Assembly: GCF_001194135.2 (NCBI RefSeq)
Contig: NC_068990.1
Location: 71,864,685 to 71,928,684 of the forward strand
From: Octopus bimaculoides
Taxonomy: Eukaryota
Direction of reading: 5' to 3'
Length of the DNA stretch: 64,000 nucleotides
The notes below the pieces were generated by a model. The model had not been told where the DNA came from. It ran no database searches and saw nothing but the letters and a program-made list of their open reading frames with translations. The stretch's first letter is position 1; each line of letters starts with the position of its first letter. Below are positions 24,076 through 36,874 of the stretch, one piece after another. The position numbers and the translations under genes are program-made.

Positions 24076-25384
24076 ATGACTCTGGCTTCTGTCTCTGTAC
24101 CTCATCTGTCCGTTTACACTTTAAATCATCTCTTGGTTTCTTATCTGCCTATAGTTTTGTTGTACTGTTCCTCTTCATAGCATTATATATATATATATAT
24201 ATATATAAAATGCTATAATATTAACTGGTGTTTTCCAATATTATAGCATTTTATGTACAATCTATTATAAGAATTATCATTGAAGTAGAGGGGACATAGG
24301 TCAGATAAGATTTGAAAGAAAAACGCAAAAATAAAAGAAAATAGAGAGTGACCAACACAAATTGTTATAAGGGAGAGGGAAGGGAGGACAGATAGAGTGA
24401 GTGTAGGTAAGTTTAGAATTTAAGATGAAGGGGTGGATATTAGTGTAACTGAAGCAAGGGAGAAATAGTGAGAGAACATAAAATGAATTAGTAAACACTA
24501 TACGGAATATGTGTGAAAGAGAAGAAGGTTGGAAAAAGGAGATGTGAATTGAGAAATGTTAAAGACAGAATACGAGAAACCAGTCAGAATTTCCAATTCC
24601 AGTCAATAAAGATATAAATATTGATTGTATTTCAAAATATATTCCAATATGAAATTGTCATAGACATACATCAATATAAAGTAATAAATATGATGGATGT
24701 TTGGAGTACAAAGTGACTTAACATCAAATTATGCAATGCACCCCACCACAAAAGCACACTGCCACAAAAACACACACACAAACTTTTGTAGAATAAAATA
24801 CCAATGCAACTAGTTAATTTGTTGTTTTTTTTTATACTGTTAATTTTATTTATTTATTTTAAATTAATTTTGTTTACTTGAATTATCAGAAATTTGCATA
24901 TGGCATCATTTAAGAGATGGTACGAGTTCAATTAATTATAGGAATGATATTTTCCAGAGCTACTGTTATTGGCAACGTCCATTAAAAGATCACTCAACTA
25001 AAGATCGTACGTCATTTTCTGGTTTGGAGTTAAATTACTAATTAGCTTTCATATTGATACATGTAACCCGACAGTGAACTTAGATCACTGTGCTATATTA
25101 ACTATTTCAAATTATTTTTGCTGACAATGAATAGAAGGAACATTTGATGATGACAGCTAATACTTGCAGATAATTAAGCTACATCTTCCAATGCAACAGT
25201 TAATAAAATCTCGGCATCCTATTGAATACTCCAGCTAGCGAATGAGCCTCAACATGGTCATTTGACATGCTTCAAACAGTAGCCTAATCTCTATTGAATC
25301 ATAGCCTACTATCTTAAATAAGAAAATGATGCATTGAATGATTCAAAAACTAATGCATATGAGAGGGATGCGTTTCATAATATA

Positions 25385-25745
25385 GGTGCAAAATTGGCTG
25401 TGTGGTTAAGAAGCTTGCTTTGCAATGAAGTGGTTTAGGGTTCAGTCCTACCGCATGGCACTTTAGTTCTACTATAACATTGAGCTGATCAATGCCTTGT
25501 GAGTGAATCTGGTAAGACAGAAATGGAGTGGAAGCTCATGTGTGTTGTGTGTGTGTGTGTGCCGGTGTTTGTCCCCCACCACATCTTGACAGCTGGTGTT
25601 GGTTTGTTTATATCCCTGTAACTTAGCAGTTCAGCAAAAGAAGGAGACAAAATAAGTACCAGACTTAGAAATAAATACTGGGGTCAATTTGTTTGACTAG
25701 ATTCCAGCATGGCCATAGTTCAATGACTGAAACCAGTAAAGATGG
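25385..25745 (+). mobile_element. SINE family A, full length
   Basis: TTGGCTGTGTGGTTAAGAAGC...GGGTTCAGTCC; (TG)n; ...CAATGACTGAAACCAGTAAAGA. Confidence 0.85.
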
Positions 25746-25784
25746 TTCTGTCTGCTCAATGAGGAACTTTGAGCAATAACTGGC

Positions 25785-26130
25785 TATTGTGAGGGTGCGT
25801 AGCAAGGTGGTTAAGGTATTCAGCTCACAATCGTAAAGTAAAGGACACAACATGCCCTCAGTTTCTGAGGGCATGTTGTGTCCTTCAGCAAGACACTTTA
25901 TTTCATGATGCTCCAGTCCACTCAGCTGGCAAAAATGAGTTCTACCTGTAATTCAAAGGGTCAGCCTTGTTGCATTTAGTGTGTCACACTGAATCTCTTT
26001 GAAAACTACATTAAGGGTACATGTATCTGTGGAGAGCTCAGCCACTTGCACATCAATTTCATGAGTACAGTATTCTGTTTATTGGATCAACTGGAACCCT
26101 CATTGCTGTAATTGATGCAGTGCCAGAAAA
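25785..26130 (+). mobile_element. SINE family G whose B box is replaced by a foldback
   Basis: Homologous to 900-1222; perfect 21-bp inverted repeat at 25841-25885. Confidence 0.8.
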
Positions 26131-26519
26131 AACTGGCTATTATTTCTATCAGTTTGAATAACCATATAGAGGCTTCCTCATTTAGGTTGGTTCCAGGCCT
26201 AAAGTTTAACTCTTTTTTTTTTTTGCAGTTGTTGCTATTATCTATCTAACCAATATTCTAACCATGACCAGTCCATTTTTTGTAGCACTTTATAACCAGG
26301 ACTGAATAATTCAGTACATTCAACCATTTTTAAGACAGTTGGGTGAAGTTGAGCGATATTTAGCTGCTATTTCCTGCAGATTCAGTCAGATGCTTTTTCT
26401 CATTAACTCAGTATAAGCCATGCAGGATAATTGAGAAGCTGGGACAACTTTTAATGAAGTGAAATAACAATAAGTAGGAAGTGAAACTGTATTGCTATCT
26501 TAATTTACTCAGAACTTAC

Positions 26520-26542
26520 CCTTGCTCAAAATTGTTCATCAT
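26520..26542 (-). other. Candidate 23-nt micro-exon
   Basis: ATTTTAGCTTTAG|ATGATGAACAATTTTGAGCAAGG|GTAAGT; only phase 0 is open (MMNNFEQG). Confidence 0.35.
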
Positions 26543-27669
26543 CTAAAGCTAAAATTAATTTGGTAAGATTGAATATTAAACAACTGTATTTTGCATCCCA
26601 GTATGAATGTATATATGTATATGCTACAGTCATTCTAAATTTGGTAACATTTTAAGTTTTGCTTTGTTTTATTTATCAGACAAGATAAGAGTAAAATTCT
26701 GTAATACATGAAAGTGCGAAAAAATTCAAGAATTAAAGGGAGATTAACTTAATACAATTAACAGTATTATTACTTTCTGAACAACCTCTGTCACCAAAAG
26801 AACAAAGTGGCCCAAAAGCAATCACAGAAAATATTTTAAAAAATAGAAAAAAAGGAAAACAACAAAACGAAAAGCATAGTTAAAAAAAGAAATTCACAAG
26901 TAGCATCAGAAAAAGCTGAGTCAATCACAAAACAATGAAATAATCAATTTATAAATGCTTTCAGCAAAGTAGCATTGAAGGTTTTTAATGTTTAATCAAT
27001 TCCACTTTATTTTTAAATTGTGCTGTCTAACTCTTTATTGCTTAATACCGTTGAGGGCAATAGTTTTAATGTTGAAATTGTATCTTTAATGTATAATATT
27101 CATTCAAAATTTCTAGACAGAGAATAAGATATAAAAGTTTGGTAGGGAACAATAAGAACATAAATAATAATTTGAAGATAATTCCAGAAAAAAATTGTAA
27201 TTGTAATCATCATCATCATTTAATGTCCATCTTCAATGCTGGCATGGATTAGACAGTTTAACAAGACCTGACAAGCCACAGGATCACGTCAAAAGGCTAG
27301 ATACCTTTCCTAGCACCATCCACTTTACAAGAATATATTTTCTAATTCGAGTTATTTACCAGAACAGTGAACAATAACTAAACTTTAAACCTCATCTTTG
27401 GTGTTTCAGTTACATTTTATTATTGCTACTTCAGGCAATCTATATCGACTAGAATATCAGATGTCATTATCACTACACTGACTAGAATATCAGATGTTAT
27501 ACACTGCCAGTCACAGTGTGCTTCCTTGTACTGTTGTAGATTTTGAATAGCCAGCCCACTGACCAGGAAAGCAGGCCATCATTCCTCCTGAACAGGATGA
27601 CAGTCCATTGCAAGATTACCCTTTACAACTGAGGGGATAAAAAAAAAAGGGATAAAGCTCCTTCCTCTA

Positions 27670-27907
27670 ACTCATGCAAACTCTTAAGGCTGGTTTCCTG
27701 TTTTCAGTGGTATATAATACATCCCTCACTGAATGTGATGCTGATCTGTCACAGGAATACTCAATTTTGTCAGCTGAGTGGACTTGAACAATGTGAAATG
27801 AAGTGTTTTGTTCAAGGACACAATGCATTGACCAGTCCAAGGATCAAAAATCACAATCCTATGATCATGAATCTGACGACCTAATCACTAAACTACATGC
27901 CTCCACT
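27670..27907 (-). mobile_element. tRNA/CORE-type SINE (family D)
   Basis: CAGCTGAGTGGAC...GTGAAATGAAGTGTTTTGTTCAAGGACAC...ACATGCCTCCAC; homologous to 59820-60305. Confidence 0.75.
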
Positions 27908-27989
27908 ACAGCTGAGTGGACTATATATATATAAAATGCATGCACAGGCATGGCTGTGTGGATAAAAAATTCACTTCAAATTATAAGCA

Positions 27990-28105
27990 AATTATGAACA
28001 ATCACATCATAGAAATCTCAAAGCTGTGAGATAATGTGTGATTAATTCGAAATAATGTGAATGAATATGCATAACATTTGACAGAGTAATCTCAATGCTA
28101 AAGGG
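27990..28105. mobile_element. piggyBac-type MITE, right half
   Basis: Ends AATGCTAAAGGG-TTAA. Confidence 0.75.
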
Positions 28106-29177
28106 TTAAAATAACATTGTAGGTCCCCAATTTAATATTTCACTTGCATGAAACCCCCACAATTTTATATGGACCGTCCCATCCCCCCAGAGAGCATATG
28201 GACCCTGGCTGAGAACGATTGCACTAGACTATGTACCTTCACATATAGATTTAGGATTAAGGTTTGATAACAGGTCACCGAAGTAAAAGAAAAGAAGCAG
28301 GTAGAAAATTATAGAAACGAAATTTATGCAGGAGTAAAAGAAAAAAAGTGGCATATTTAAAATACACATGCAAAAAAAAAAAACACCATCTTCACCTCCC
28401 TATATAAACATCACATAACCACATAAATGTAGTGAATGTTGCTATCATGCTGAACTGTTGCATTTTGATGCTAACTACATGACTGTTGATTTATAAAGAT
28501 TAAGCTATCTTCAGTGCACTCAGTTTTTTCGTATCCATTCATTTTGTAAATAAAGAGGCAATACTCCCACAGCCTACCCTCTCCTCCATTCCACTCCACC
28601 TCCTCCCCATCAAAGCGCAAGTAATTTTTCATCAGAAAGTGTGAAGTGTGACTAGCAATTTGTATACTCAGTTAATAGCAGCTAGAAAACAAAAGGCTTC
28701 AGATAATGGTAACAAGATGTGATTATAAGGATGCTGATTTTTCTAGTACCGAAAACTGTGATTGCATTAAGCCATTATATGAAACTCACATCAGTGACAA
28801 CAAACAAAAAATATATGAAACAAAATTAAAAACAAGTAAAAGATCAATCAGTTGGTAGTGACACAAGAGAAAATTATGTATTAAGCAGAGATAGCAAGCG
28901 ATGTGGGTGTTGAACTCAGTTCAAATGAATTATTTGCTCTCCACCTTTTTTTTTTTTCTTTAAACTGATTACAACTGCCTACAAGCATCAAACATTTTAG
29001 GATGCTCACAGAGGCTGTGATGTTATATTTTTATTTGCAGTGAGCGACAATGAAGGACAGTATGTTGCATGTAGGGCATTGATTATTTGACAATAATAAA
29101 ATCAATCAAATGTACAGAGGTCAATAAAAAAAAATTAAATGCAGCATTTAAAACAAAATGAAATTTCTGGATTTATT

Positions 29178-29370
29178 GCTGTTGTTTAGTCTCAGGTCAA
29201 CCCTGATTAAGGAGACATATGATCAAAGACACTCTAGCCATGACCATTCCGGTTTTTTTTTGTCAGAGACTACACTGTCCAAAGTATCTATTTTTTAAGA
29301 TAGCGGGGTATGATTTGAGGCAGATTAGCTGCTATTTGTAACAAATCAATTGATGATGTATAGGCACCCT
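29178..29370 (-). repeat. Repeat family E, near full length
   Basis: GTTGTTTAGTCTCAGGTCAACCCTGAT...ATGATCAAAG...GATTTGAGGCAGATTAGCTGCTATTT. Confidence 0.8.
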
Positions 29371-29456
29371 TGCACTGAACAAGATTATTTATATCTAGTT
29401 TGATATTACAGATTCATGCTCATTATTCAATATTTTTCATTGAATCAATTTATTAA

Positions 29457-29674
29457 TCCCTTAGCAGTCAAACTGTTCTATCAAATGTAATGCTTATCTA
29501 TTCACATTATTTTGAATTAATATTGAATTATCTTGTAGCCTTGAGATTTCAGTAATGGGATTCTTTATTTTCAGCATGACATTGTAAGACCGGTGTGAAA
29601 GGCTGGACCTAGTCAGTTTGAATGTAAAACAGGTAGAATATTTGGGGCCAGATGTGGCTGGTTTAAATGCTAAA
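29457..29674. mobile_element. piggyBac-type MITE, opposite orientation to 27990
   Basis: TTAA-TCCCTTAGCAGTC...TTTAAATGCTAAA. Confidence 0.75.
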
Positions 29675-30257
29675 CAATATGCTGGACAATATGATACTAT
29701 AGAAATTAAAATAGTATAGTGTAACTTAAAAAATAATTTAGTTGGAAGAGGGTAGCAGTATTTATTGGCCACCTGGGGGCAAGGTTGACTATGCATCTGC
29801 ACCTATATGCAAGGGCCCGGATCAAGTTTTACATTTTTTTTTTGTTGTTGTTGTTGAAGACTAGCAGTTGCTCATGCATGCAAGTCTTCTCTTTCCATTT
29901 CACCAATGTTATCCAAGGGAAAGGTTTTTCTTAAAGACTTATCCAGTTTGGCACCAGTGTCATCACAGGGACTGCTCACACAACAGAATGTAAAAAGCTA
30001 GTATAGATACCACAAGCCATTTTGTCCAATGAACAAATGGCTCTGTCGATCCACTGCTTTGATTTAATACTTTTGTCTTAATCAACCTGGTAAGGATGAC
30101 AGACAAATCTGATCCCAGTAGGATTTGAACTCAAAGCACAAAAACTTGGAACAAATATCACAAAGCATTCTATTGAATGCTCTCATACTGATTGCCATAA
30201 TATCAAATTTATTTCCGAGAAAATCTTTGTTATTACAGAGAAATAAATTAACAATGA

Positions 30258-30418
30258 AATGGGCATGGCTGTATTGTTAGAGAGTTCACATTGTAACCAC
30301 ATGCTTCTAGGTTTGGTTCCACTATGTGACATCATGGGTAAAAGTCTTCTACTCTAACCTCTCCTTGACCAGTGTCATTGAGCAGAATTGCTAGATGGGA
30401 ACTGAAAAGAAGCCTGTA

Positions 30419-30449
<31 letters not shown>

Positions 30450-30720
30450 TCATTTCATATGCCATCATTAACAACATCTGAATGAAAATTTGAAAAAAAA
30501 AACAGATTTTGTCTATCTTCTTATAGCTAAAGACTACATTTTTAGCTTTCAATATGTGAAGACCAATTGAATGAAAAGAAATGTCTTACTTGGAAAACAG
30601 GTAAGGGTTGGCAACAGAAAGAGCATCTGACCAGAAAATCTGCTTTAACAGTTTCATCTGACCTATGCTAGCATGGAAAAACAGACATAAAGACGAAACA
30701 AACTGATAGATGAAGAAAGA
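30258..30720 (+). mobile_element. SINE family A2
   Basis: A head, (TG)n, tail GACCTATGCTAGCATGGAAAAACAGAC. Confidence 0.65.
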
Positions 30721-31429
30721 GGATTGCAACATATTTTTAAATCTAGATATCAACAAACTATTACTAATGATGACAAGAAATATTATATCTATATAGTCAT
30801 CCAAAGTGGCTTCTTGAAAGTTTTGTTTTAATGACATTTTTTTCTAATTGATTTAAGATTTGATAATCGAAATAAGAAAATGTGAAAAAAAGATAAAATA
30901 GAAAGACTATTAAACTCCCAATGGTAGCTTCAAATATTTATACATCTTAATTAAATGTCTTTTAAAGATTAGCAACTTAGATTCCTCAAAATAGATGCAC
31001 GAGTACAAAATTTCAGTTTTTAATATTCCAGTTTTATGGCTGAAATAATTCATTTGAGATAAAATGTGTGCACTGTGGGGAAAATGAAATATTTCAATGT
31101 TTCCTAATAAGACGAGTAAAAAGCAAATATATGAATAAATAAAACTTGGCTAAAAATGGGCGATATAAAAACATTATATAAAATTAATCTTTCACATTCA
31201 TTTTCCTGTGCTTGCAAAAATGAGAATGGTTTGTTTGTTTGTTAGAGCAGAACCTGATTTTTGTTTAGTCAGGTAAACTGAAGCAAGTAGAGTTATGTGC
31301 TTTGCTCAGGGGAAGTAACATTAACATGTGAAAAGTGAAATGTCTGTATAGCTGTATGGTTAAGGTATGGAAGTATCTGTTCAGTTATACTGCACAGATG
31401 GTTTCTGTACAAGTTTTTTTTTTTTTTTT

Positions 31430-31610
31430 TTGTGGTTCTGGTGCTATTCATCCTTAAGTTAACCCTGATTAAGCAGGGCTATGATCAAAGGTATTCCAAC
31501 CATGACTATCCAATCTTCCAAACACAGGTTAACTCAAAATACACCATCCAATATTTTCCTATGCCAATCAATGTATAATCTGGTACATACACTATGTGCT
31601 TCTTTCATCT
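31430..31610 (-). repeat. Repeat family E
   Basis: AACCCTGATTAAGCAGGGCTATGATCAAAGGTATTCCAACCATGAC. Confidence 0.7.
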
Positions 31611-32124
31611 TTACTTTGGAAGGTTATGCTTTCTATGCTCCACTGATTAGGCTAGAATAACAGTGAAACATATCTGAAGTTGTCTCCCACACCAGAAAAA
31701 AGAAAGAAAATCAAAATGATACTGATCAGTTACTAATGTTGTTTTTTTAAATTTTTTCTTCTCTGCTGTATAATTATATCTAGCTAGCTTTTTTTTCTTT
31801 AAACATTCCCTGAATTAACACTAGCTTAACAGTTGCTTTGCATGTGGATGGCATTTTAGATTCATTTATTCTCTTAATAGTAATGTTGTTCTGTTCCATA
31901 AGTTACAAGTTCAAATGGTGTTAGCAGCAGTATAAGCCAAAAGAATAAAAAATATCAATGAAATACACAAACTATTCTTATTGTGATAAAGTTGGATAGT
32001 TCAAAAGTGTTATGCTGTTTTTGTTTAGCTCCAAATCAGTCCCCATCAAGTAGAACTATGATTAAATGTATTCAAGCCATAACTATTCAAGCCATGACCA
32101 TTACATTTTACAAACATATTTCAT

Positions 32125-33025
32125 TTCATCATCATCATTTAACATCCATTTTCCATGATGGTATGGGTTGGATGGTTTGACCAGTTCCGGCAAACTGGAA
32201 AGCTAGACCAGTTTCCAGTCTGATTTGGCTTGGCTTCTATGGTTAGATGCCCTTCCTAATGTCAACCACTTCCCAGAGTGTGCTGGGTGCTATTTACATG
32301 GCACCAGCAAAGATACTTTTTATGCGGCACCAGCAGAGGTGCTTTCCCCATGGTCCAGGCCAGATACCTTTCATGTGGTGCTAGCTCAGGTGCTTCTTAT
32401 GTGGCACCAGCACAAGCACTTTCTATGTGACACTAATACAGGTGCTTTCTATGTGGTATTGGCACAGGTGCTTTTTATGTGGCATCAGCAGGGGGATCTT
32501 GCAAGGCAAAATCCCTTTCAGCTGAGAGGGGAGCATTAACAATTCTGCTGTGATAGATAGGTTTTCTTGAGTACAGTAATGTACCAGACAATTTGGTTCT
32601 TTGTTAACTCCTTCATAAGGCACAGTGTCCTGAGATCGGCCTTCAGTATTTTGTCCCACATCTTGCTGAGTCTCCCTCTTCCACAAGTTCCATCCACTTT
32701 AAATAATTGGTACTTCTTTATGCAGCTGTCTGCATTCATCTGCACCACATGACCAAACAATTGCAGTCTTTTGTTTTGCACACTGCATCTAATTCCTCTT
32801 ATGCCTAACTTTTCTCTCAATACACTAGCACTCTCTTGCACATGTACATCTACATTGCTTATTTAACAGAGCATACCAGCTTCATTCCTATCAAACCTTT
32901 GTCTGTCCTCTTTATTCAGGGCCATCTCACTTCTATGTAGTATTGCTGTTTAGATACATGCATCATGCAATCTTCCTTTCACTCAGAAAGAGAGAGACCT
33001 TTGGTTATCAACAGAGCAGATTACA
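32125..33025 (-). mobile_element. 5'-truncated RTE LINE with 3' UTR and (GAT)n tail
   Basis: LITKGLSL...KGRLHDACI...FDRNEAGML; SVLREKLGIRGIRCSVQNKRLQLFGHVVQM...GRGRLSKMWD; tail at 32125. Confidence 0.9.
32295..32490. repeat. Degenerate 26-27 bp tandem array inside the RTE 3' UTR
   Basis: About six units of GGTGCTTT(T/C)TATGTGGCACCAGCACA. Confidence 0.75.
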
Positions 33026-33119
33026 ATATCATTCATCATGTTTCTTCTCTTTTTTTCTTAATGATGGCAGATTGTGATTCAAGAGAGATTTGGCTGCTTG
33101 TTTAGGGATTTATATGCTT

Positions 33120-33420
33120 GTGGTGTGCTATTGATAAGGACACTTTTGATCTTGGTGTTTTTATAGTATATTATTAGTTTAAGTTTATGATTGGGTGTGA
33201 TGCATAGTGAAGTTTTTGACTAAGTATTCATCTACTTGATAGTTTTTATGTGTTTGATTCATAGAGAAAAGCAAAAGGGGTATAATTAAAAACCTCACTT
33301 TGTCCGTCATTTTTATTCCAATTCAAATTCTTTGGCCCAGCTTCATCTATGCTTATAAGTGATATGTAAACATTGATGTAAACATTTAAAATTTCTAACA
33401 TAAACATAAGACCACAAATC
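33120..33420 (-). mobile_element. Penelope-like element fragment (RT-EN linker, Naiad/Chlamys-like)
   Basis: NQTHKNYQVDEYLVKNFTMHHTQ then, after a frameshift, HKLKLIIYYKNTKIKSVLINST, resembling the NQM..NYK.DE...LIIYYK linker recalled from such PLEs. Confidence 0.6.
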
Positions 33421-34059
33421 TGGTGGAAGGGTGCAGTCAATTTAATGGACCCCAACACAAGATTCATACTTATTCTATCAAAACCAGAAGGATCAATGAT
33501 AAAGTCAGTGCAGGTAAGATTTGAACTGAGACTCTAAAGGTACATAACTAAAAACCCCATTTAGTCTGTTGCTCTGACTCCACCAACCATTCTCAACTGC
33601 TTAGTGTGATGTCACAGAAAGCTGTTGGGGAAATGAACCAGCAATCTGAGTTTCAATATCAACTAGAGGTGGTCCTACATATCACATCCAAGAATAAGAA
33701 GAAAGAAAGAAAGGGGGACAGGGAAATGGGAAGTGCTGGTATTCATACCTTTTCTAGTGTGAAGTGAATGAAATACATGTGGAACAGAAAAAGAACTTAG
33801 AAAAGCAGAGCAGTATACATTTCCAAAGGATGGGATGAAATAACCATTGTAAAATTTAAACACATGAGCATGCAAGTTCAGTTGTCCAAGCTGAACACAA
33901 GATAACTGTCTATCTATGAGGACTCATTTGACCTACACCAAGACAGTGAAGGTAATATCAGTAATCCAAGAATATAGCACATGCAAGAACACTTATGGAG
34001 TAGCTAAGTCAAACTAGAAAGTCCTTATTTGGTAAAAATGGATCAATGGCAATTATAAG

Positions 34060-34098
<39 letters not shown>

Positions 34099-34841
34099 GC
34101 ATTGTTTGTTTAACTGATAGAAAATACTGTATAAAATAAATTCAGTATTTGATACAAAACTATAAAAACCTTTCTGTTTGTTTGTACGGAATGTTTGCAT
34201 GCCAATAGGATTCGCAAATGAAATGTCTATTTTACATTTCTGCAGCTTAATACATTCTTCTATCATTTCACAACAACAACAACATTGATATAAAAAATAA
34301 TAGAGGTTTGTATAAATGCTGTTGTATAGTCAATGGGATATATCCAGTATGTGGTTAGGTAAGGTGACAAAAGTAATAAGAATTTCTTTATTCGCCACTT
34401 GAGCATAATAAATAAACTATAAAATTAAATAGAATGTGGATAAACATCCACAGAAAATTGGTGTATCTCACACACAAACAATTTCAGCTGAAATGTAAAT
34501 ATATAAAATATATATGTAAGGTTGACTCTGACAAGGTGCCTATACAGCTAAGCGCTTTATAGATGTGAAACCAATCGTCACTCTCTGACCAGCCATAATG
34601 AACAACCTTCTAAAGATGACTGCTCTAATGTTTTAAAGTATCCTTCTTTTCAGACATGTGAACTATTGACCAATAAAACACATTATATATATATATATAA
34701 AGCTACATATATATCCAGTGATATAATATATATATATATAAAATGTTATACATATATATATGTAAAAGACTATATATACATAATTATATCATATATAAAA
34801 TGTTATACATACATTTATATATTACGTACATATATATAATG

Positions 34842-34889
<48 letters not shown>

Positions 34890-35230
34890 AATGATATATG
34901 ACCATATGCATGTATACATACATATATGTACATACCTACACCTACATGTATATATAGATGCATATCCAGGTACAGGACGTCAAAAAAGGAACGGGAACAT
35001 GAGCAAAGCACAAAAAAACGGACATTTTTTACGGACATCAGAATGAACACATAGGAAAACAGACGAGCCACTTATGGAACTTTTCCTTCACACTACATAT
35101 ACATACATTTATATATACAATACTAGCAATGCACGAGCACACACAGACACATTTTTATATATGAAGATATATGCATATATATAATGTTATACATAAATAT
35201 AGATAAAACACAACATATACATACAGTTTT

Positions 35231-35530
35231 ATATATATATATATATATATATAGTGGTTGTCTACTCCTTAAACAGAGTTTGACCACCTCCTGTACCTAC
35301 ACCTTAGCCCTTTCATGGCGTCTGATGTGGCTTTTTAAACCAGACAGTGTTTTGAAAAAACACCCACACAGATTGCACCTCTGATTTGCACTACCAATAC
35401 CTGCAAGTAAGTTCTGCTCATTGTGGATCCTAAAGATGAAACAAATGGATAATTTGGGTATACTAGCTACTTGACAGCTTCCCATAATTTCCTGCCTTAG
35501 AAGAGTAGGCTTCCCTATTAGCATTACTTA
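35231..35530 (-). mobile_element. 5'-truncated RTE-type LINE with C-terminal C2H2-like finger and (TA)n tail
   Basis: RCNLCGCFFKTLSGLKSHIRRHERAKV* then short UTR GGTGGTCAAACTCTGTTTAAGGAGTAGACAACCAC(TA)n. Confidence 0.75.
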
Positions 35531-36874
35531 CTACCACGTCTGTTTAGGTCAGTCCTGATTAATTAATTCCAGGTTATTCTGTAATCCTTTCATTGCCAAA
35601 TAAAGTAGCAAACTATTTCAATTTCTTTTGGAAGTAATCACAGATTTAAAAGAATTTAAGAAAAGCAACTCAATTCATATTTATAAAACTTCAGAATATA
35701 TTCAAAATCTACCTTAACAAAATATCTTTTGTATAAAAACTATGATTGAAGGATTTTTACCTTGACTCTAACTTTCAGTATGAAAACTTTAATATTAATA
35801 TATTAAACTGGTCTTCGCAGGTAAAAAAATAAAACATATTGAATTCTTGCTTTGTAGACAGCTAGGATATGGGAAATGATTTTGCTCATTCACACACACA
35901 CATTCATTCACCCAAACAGTCATCCATCCATTCTCTCACGTATACATTGTACTGCTGATTCCCAAGTTGTTTTCCTAAGCTCAACCAGTAGCTGGAGGAA
36001 TTAAAATCAATAAATAACTTGAAATCCTAGCTGTCACTTTGAAGTTGAAATGATTCTGTATAATAGTTTAATAGTTAACAATAACATGAGCAACACAATA
36101 AAACTAGACACCAGTAGAACAGTTGAACTAACAAATATCATGAGAACAGTAGCTAGAATTTCAAAACAGTAAGTTGAGAGAAGCTTTCAATGTGCCGGAA
36201 AGAAACAAGTATATATGAAATTAGATCAACACCCTAAACAAAAATCTGTTAAACTGTGTGAAACAGTTACATGAATTTGTGTGACAAATATAAATCGTGG
36301 CTTTGCCGTGATTTGATGTCAGAGAAATAAACCAACTTGTAGTGGAATAAGATATCTTAATATGTAAGTAAAACAGACAGTTCTTAGAATTTAAAAAAGA
36401 AACCAACTGAAATTGTGGGTTTTCATATGATGAAACTATAAACCCAATTGTATATACATACACAAACACATGCAGCCATATACATACAAATATATAGAGA
36501 GAGAGACACACATGCATGCACACAGTCACAATGATATATGTATTCACACAGACACACACTCACACATTCACATCTACACATATAATTTTGATTAAATAAA
36601 ACTCATACATACACAAAATGCAGTAAGTAAAAAATATAGTTGGGGAATATGTTCTAATTGAAGTAAACAAGCAACTTCAGTTCAGTCTCTGGTTGTAGAC
36701 ACTTGTTCTGCTCTACAAGACACACAGACATCAAATGTTTCACAAACTAAGATAATTCACTGTTCTGCATGTGCAGGTATTAGAGGTGGATATAGATTTA
36801 CTCAATGACTGTATATATGCTGTCACAAATGCATTCACGTTTCACACAGTAATTCGTGAATTTTTATACTTACA

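Noticed and set aside
27447-27497. 18-bp direct repeat GACTAGAATATCAGATGT (similar small duplications at 1304-1333 and about 50620-50655)
   Set aside because: Simple local tandem duplications with no insert of recognisable type
34965-35085. CpG-rich GTACAGGACGTC...TTTTCCTTCA segment resembling a PLE terminal-repeat fragment
   Set aside because: Truncated before any complete ribozyme core; the resemblance rests on memory only
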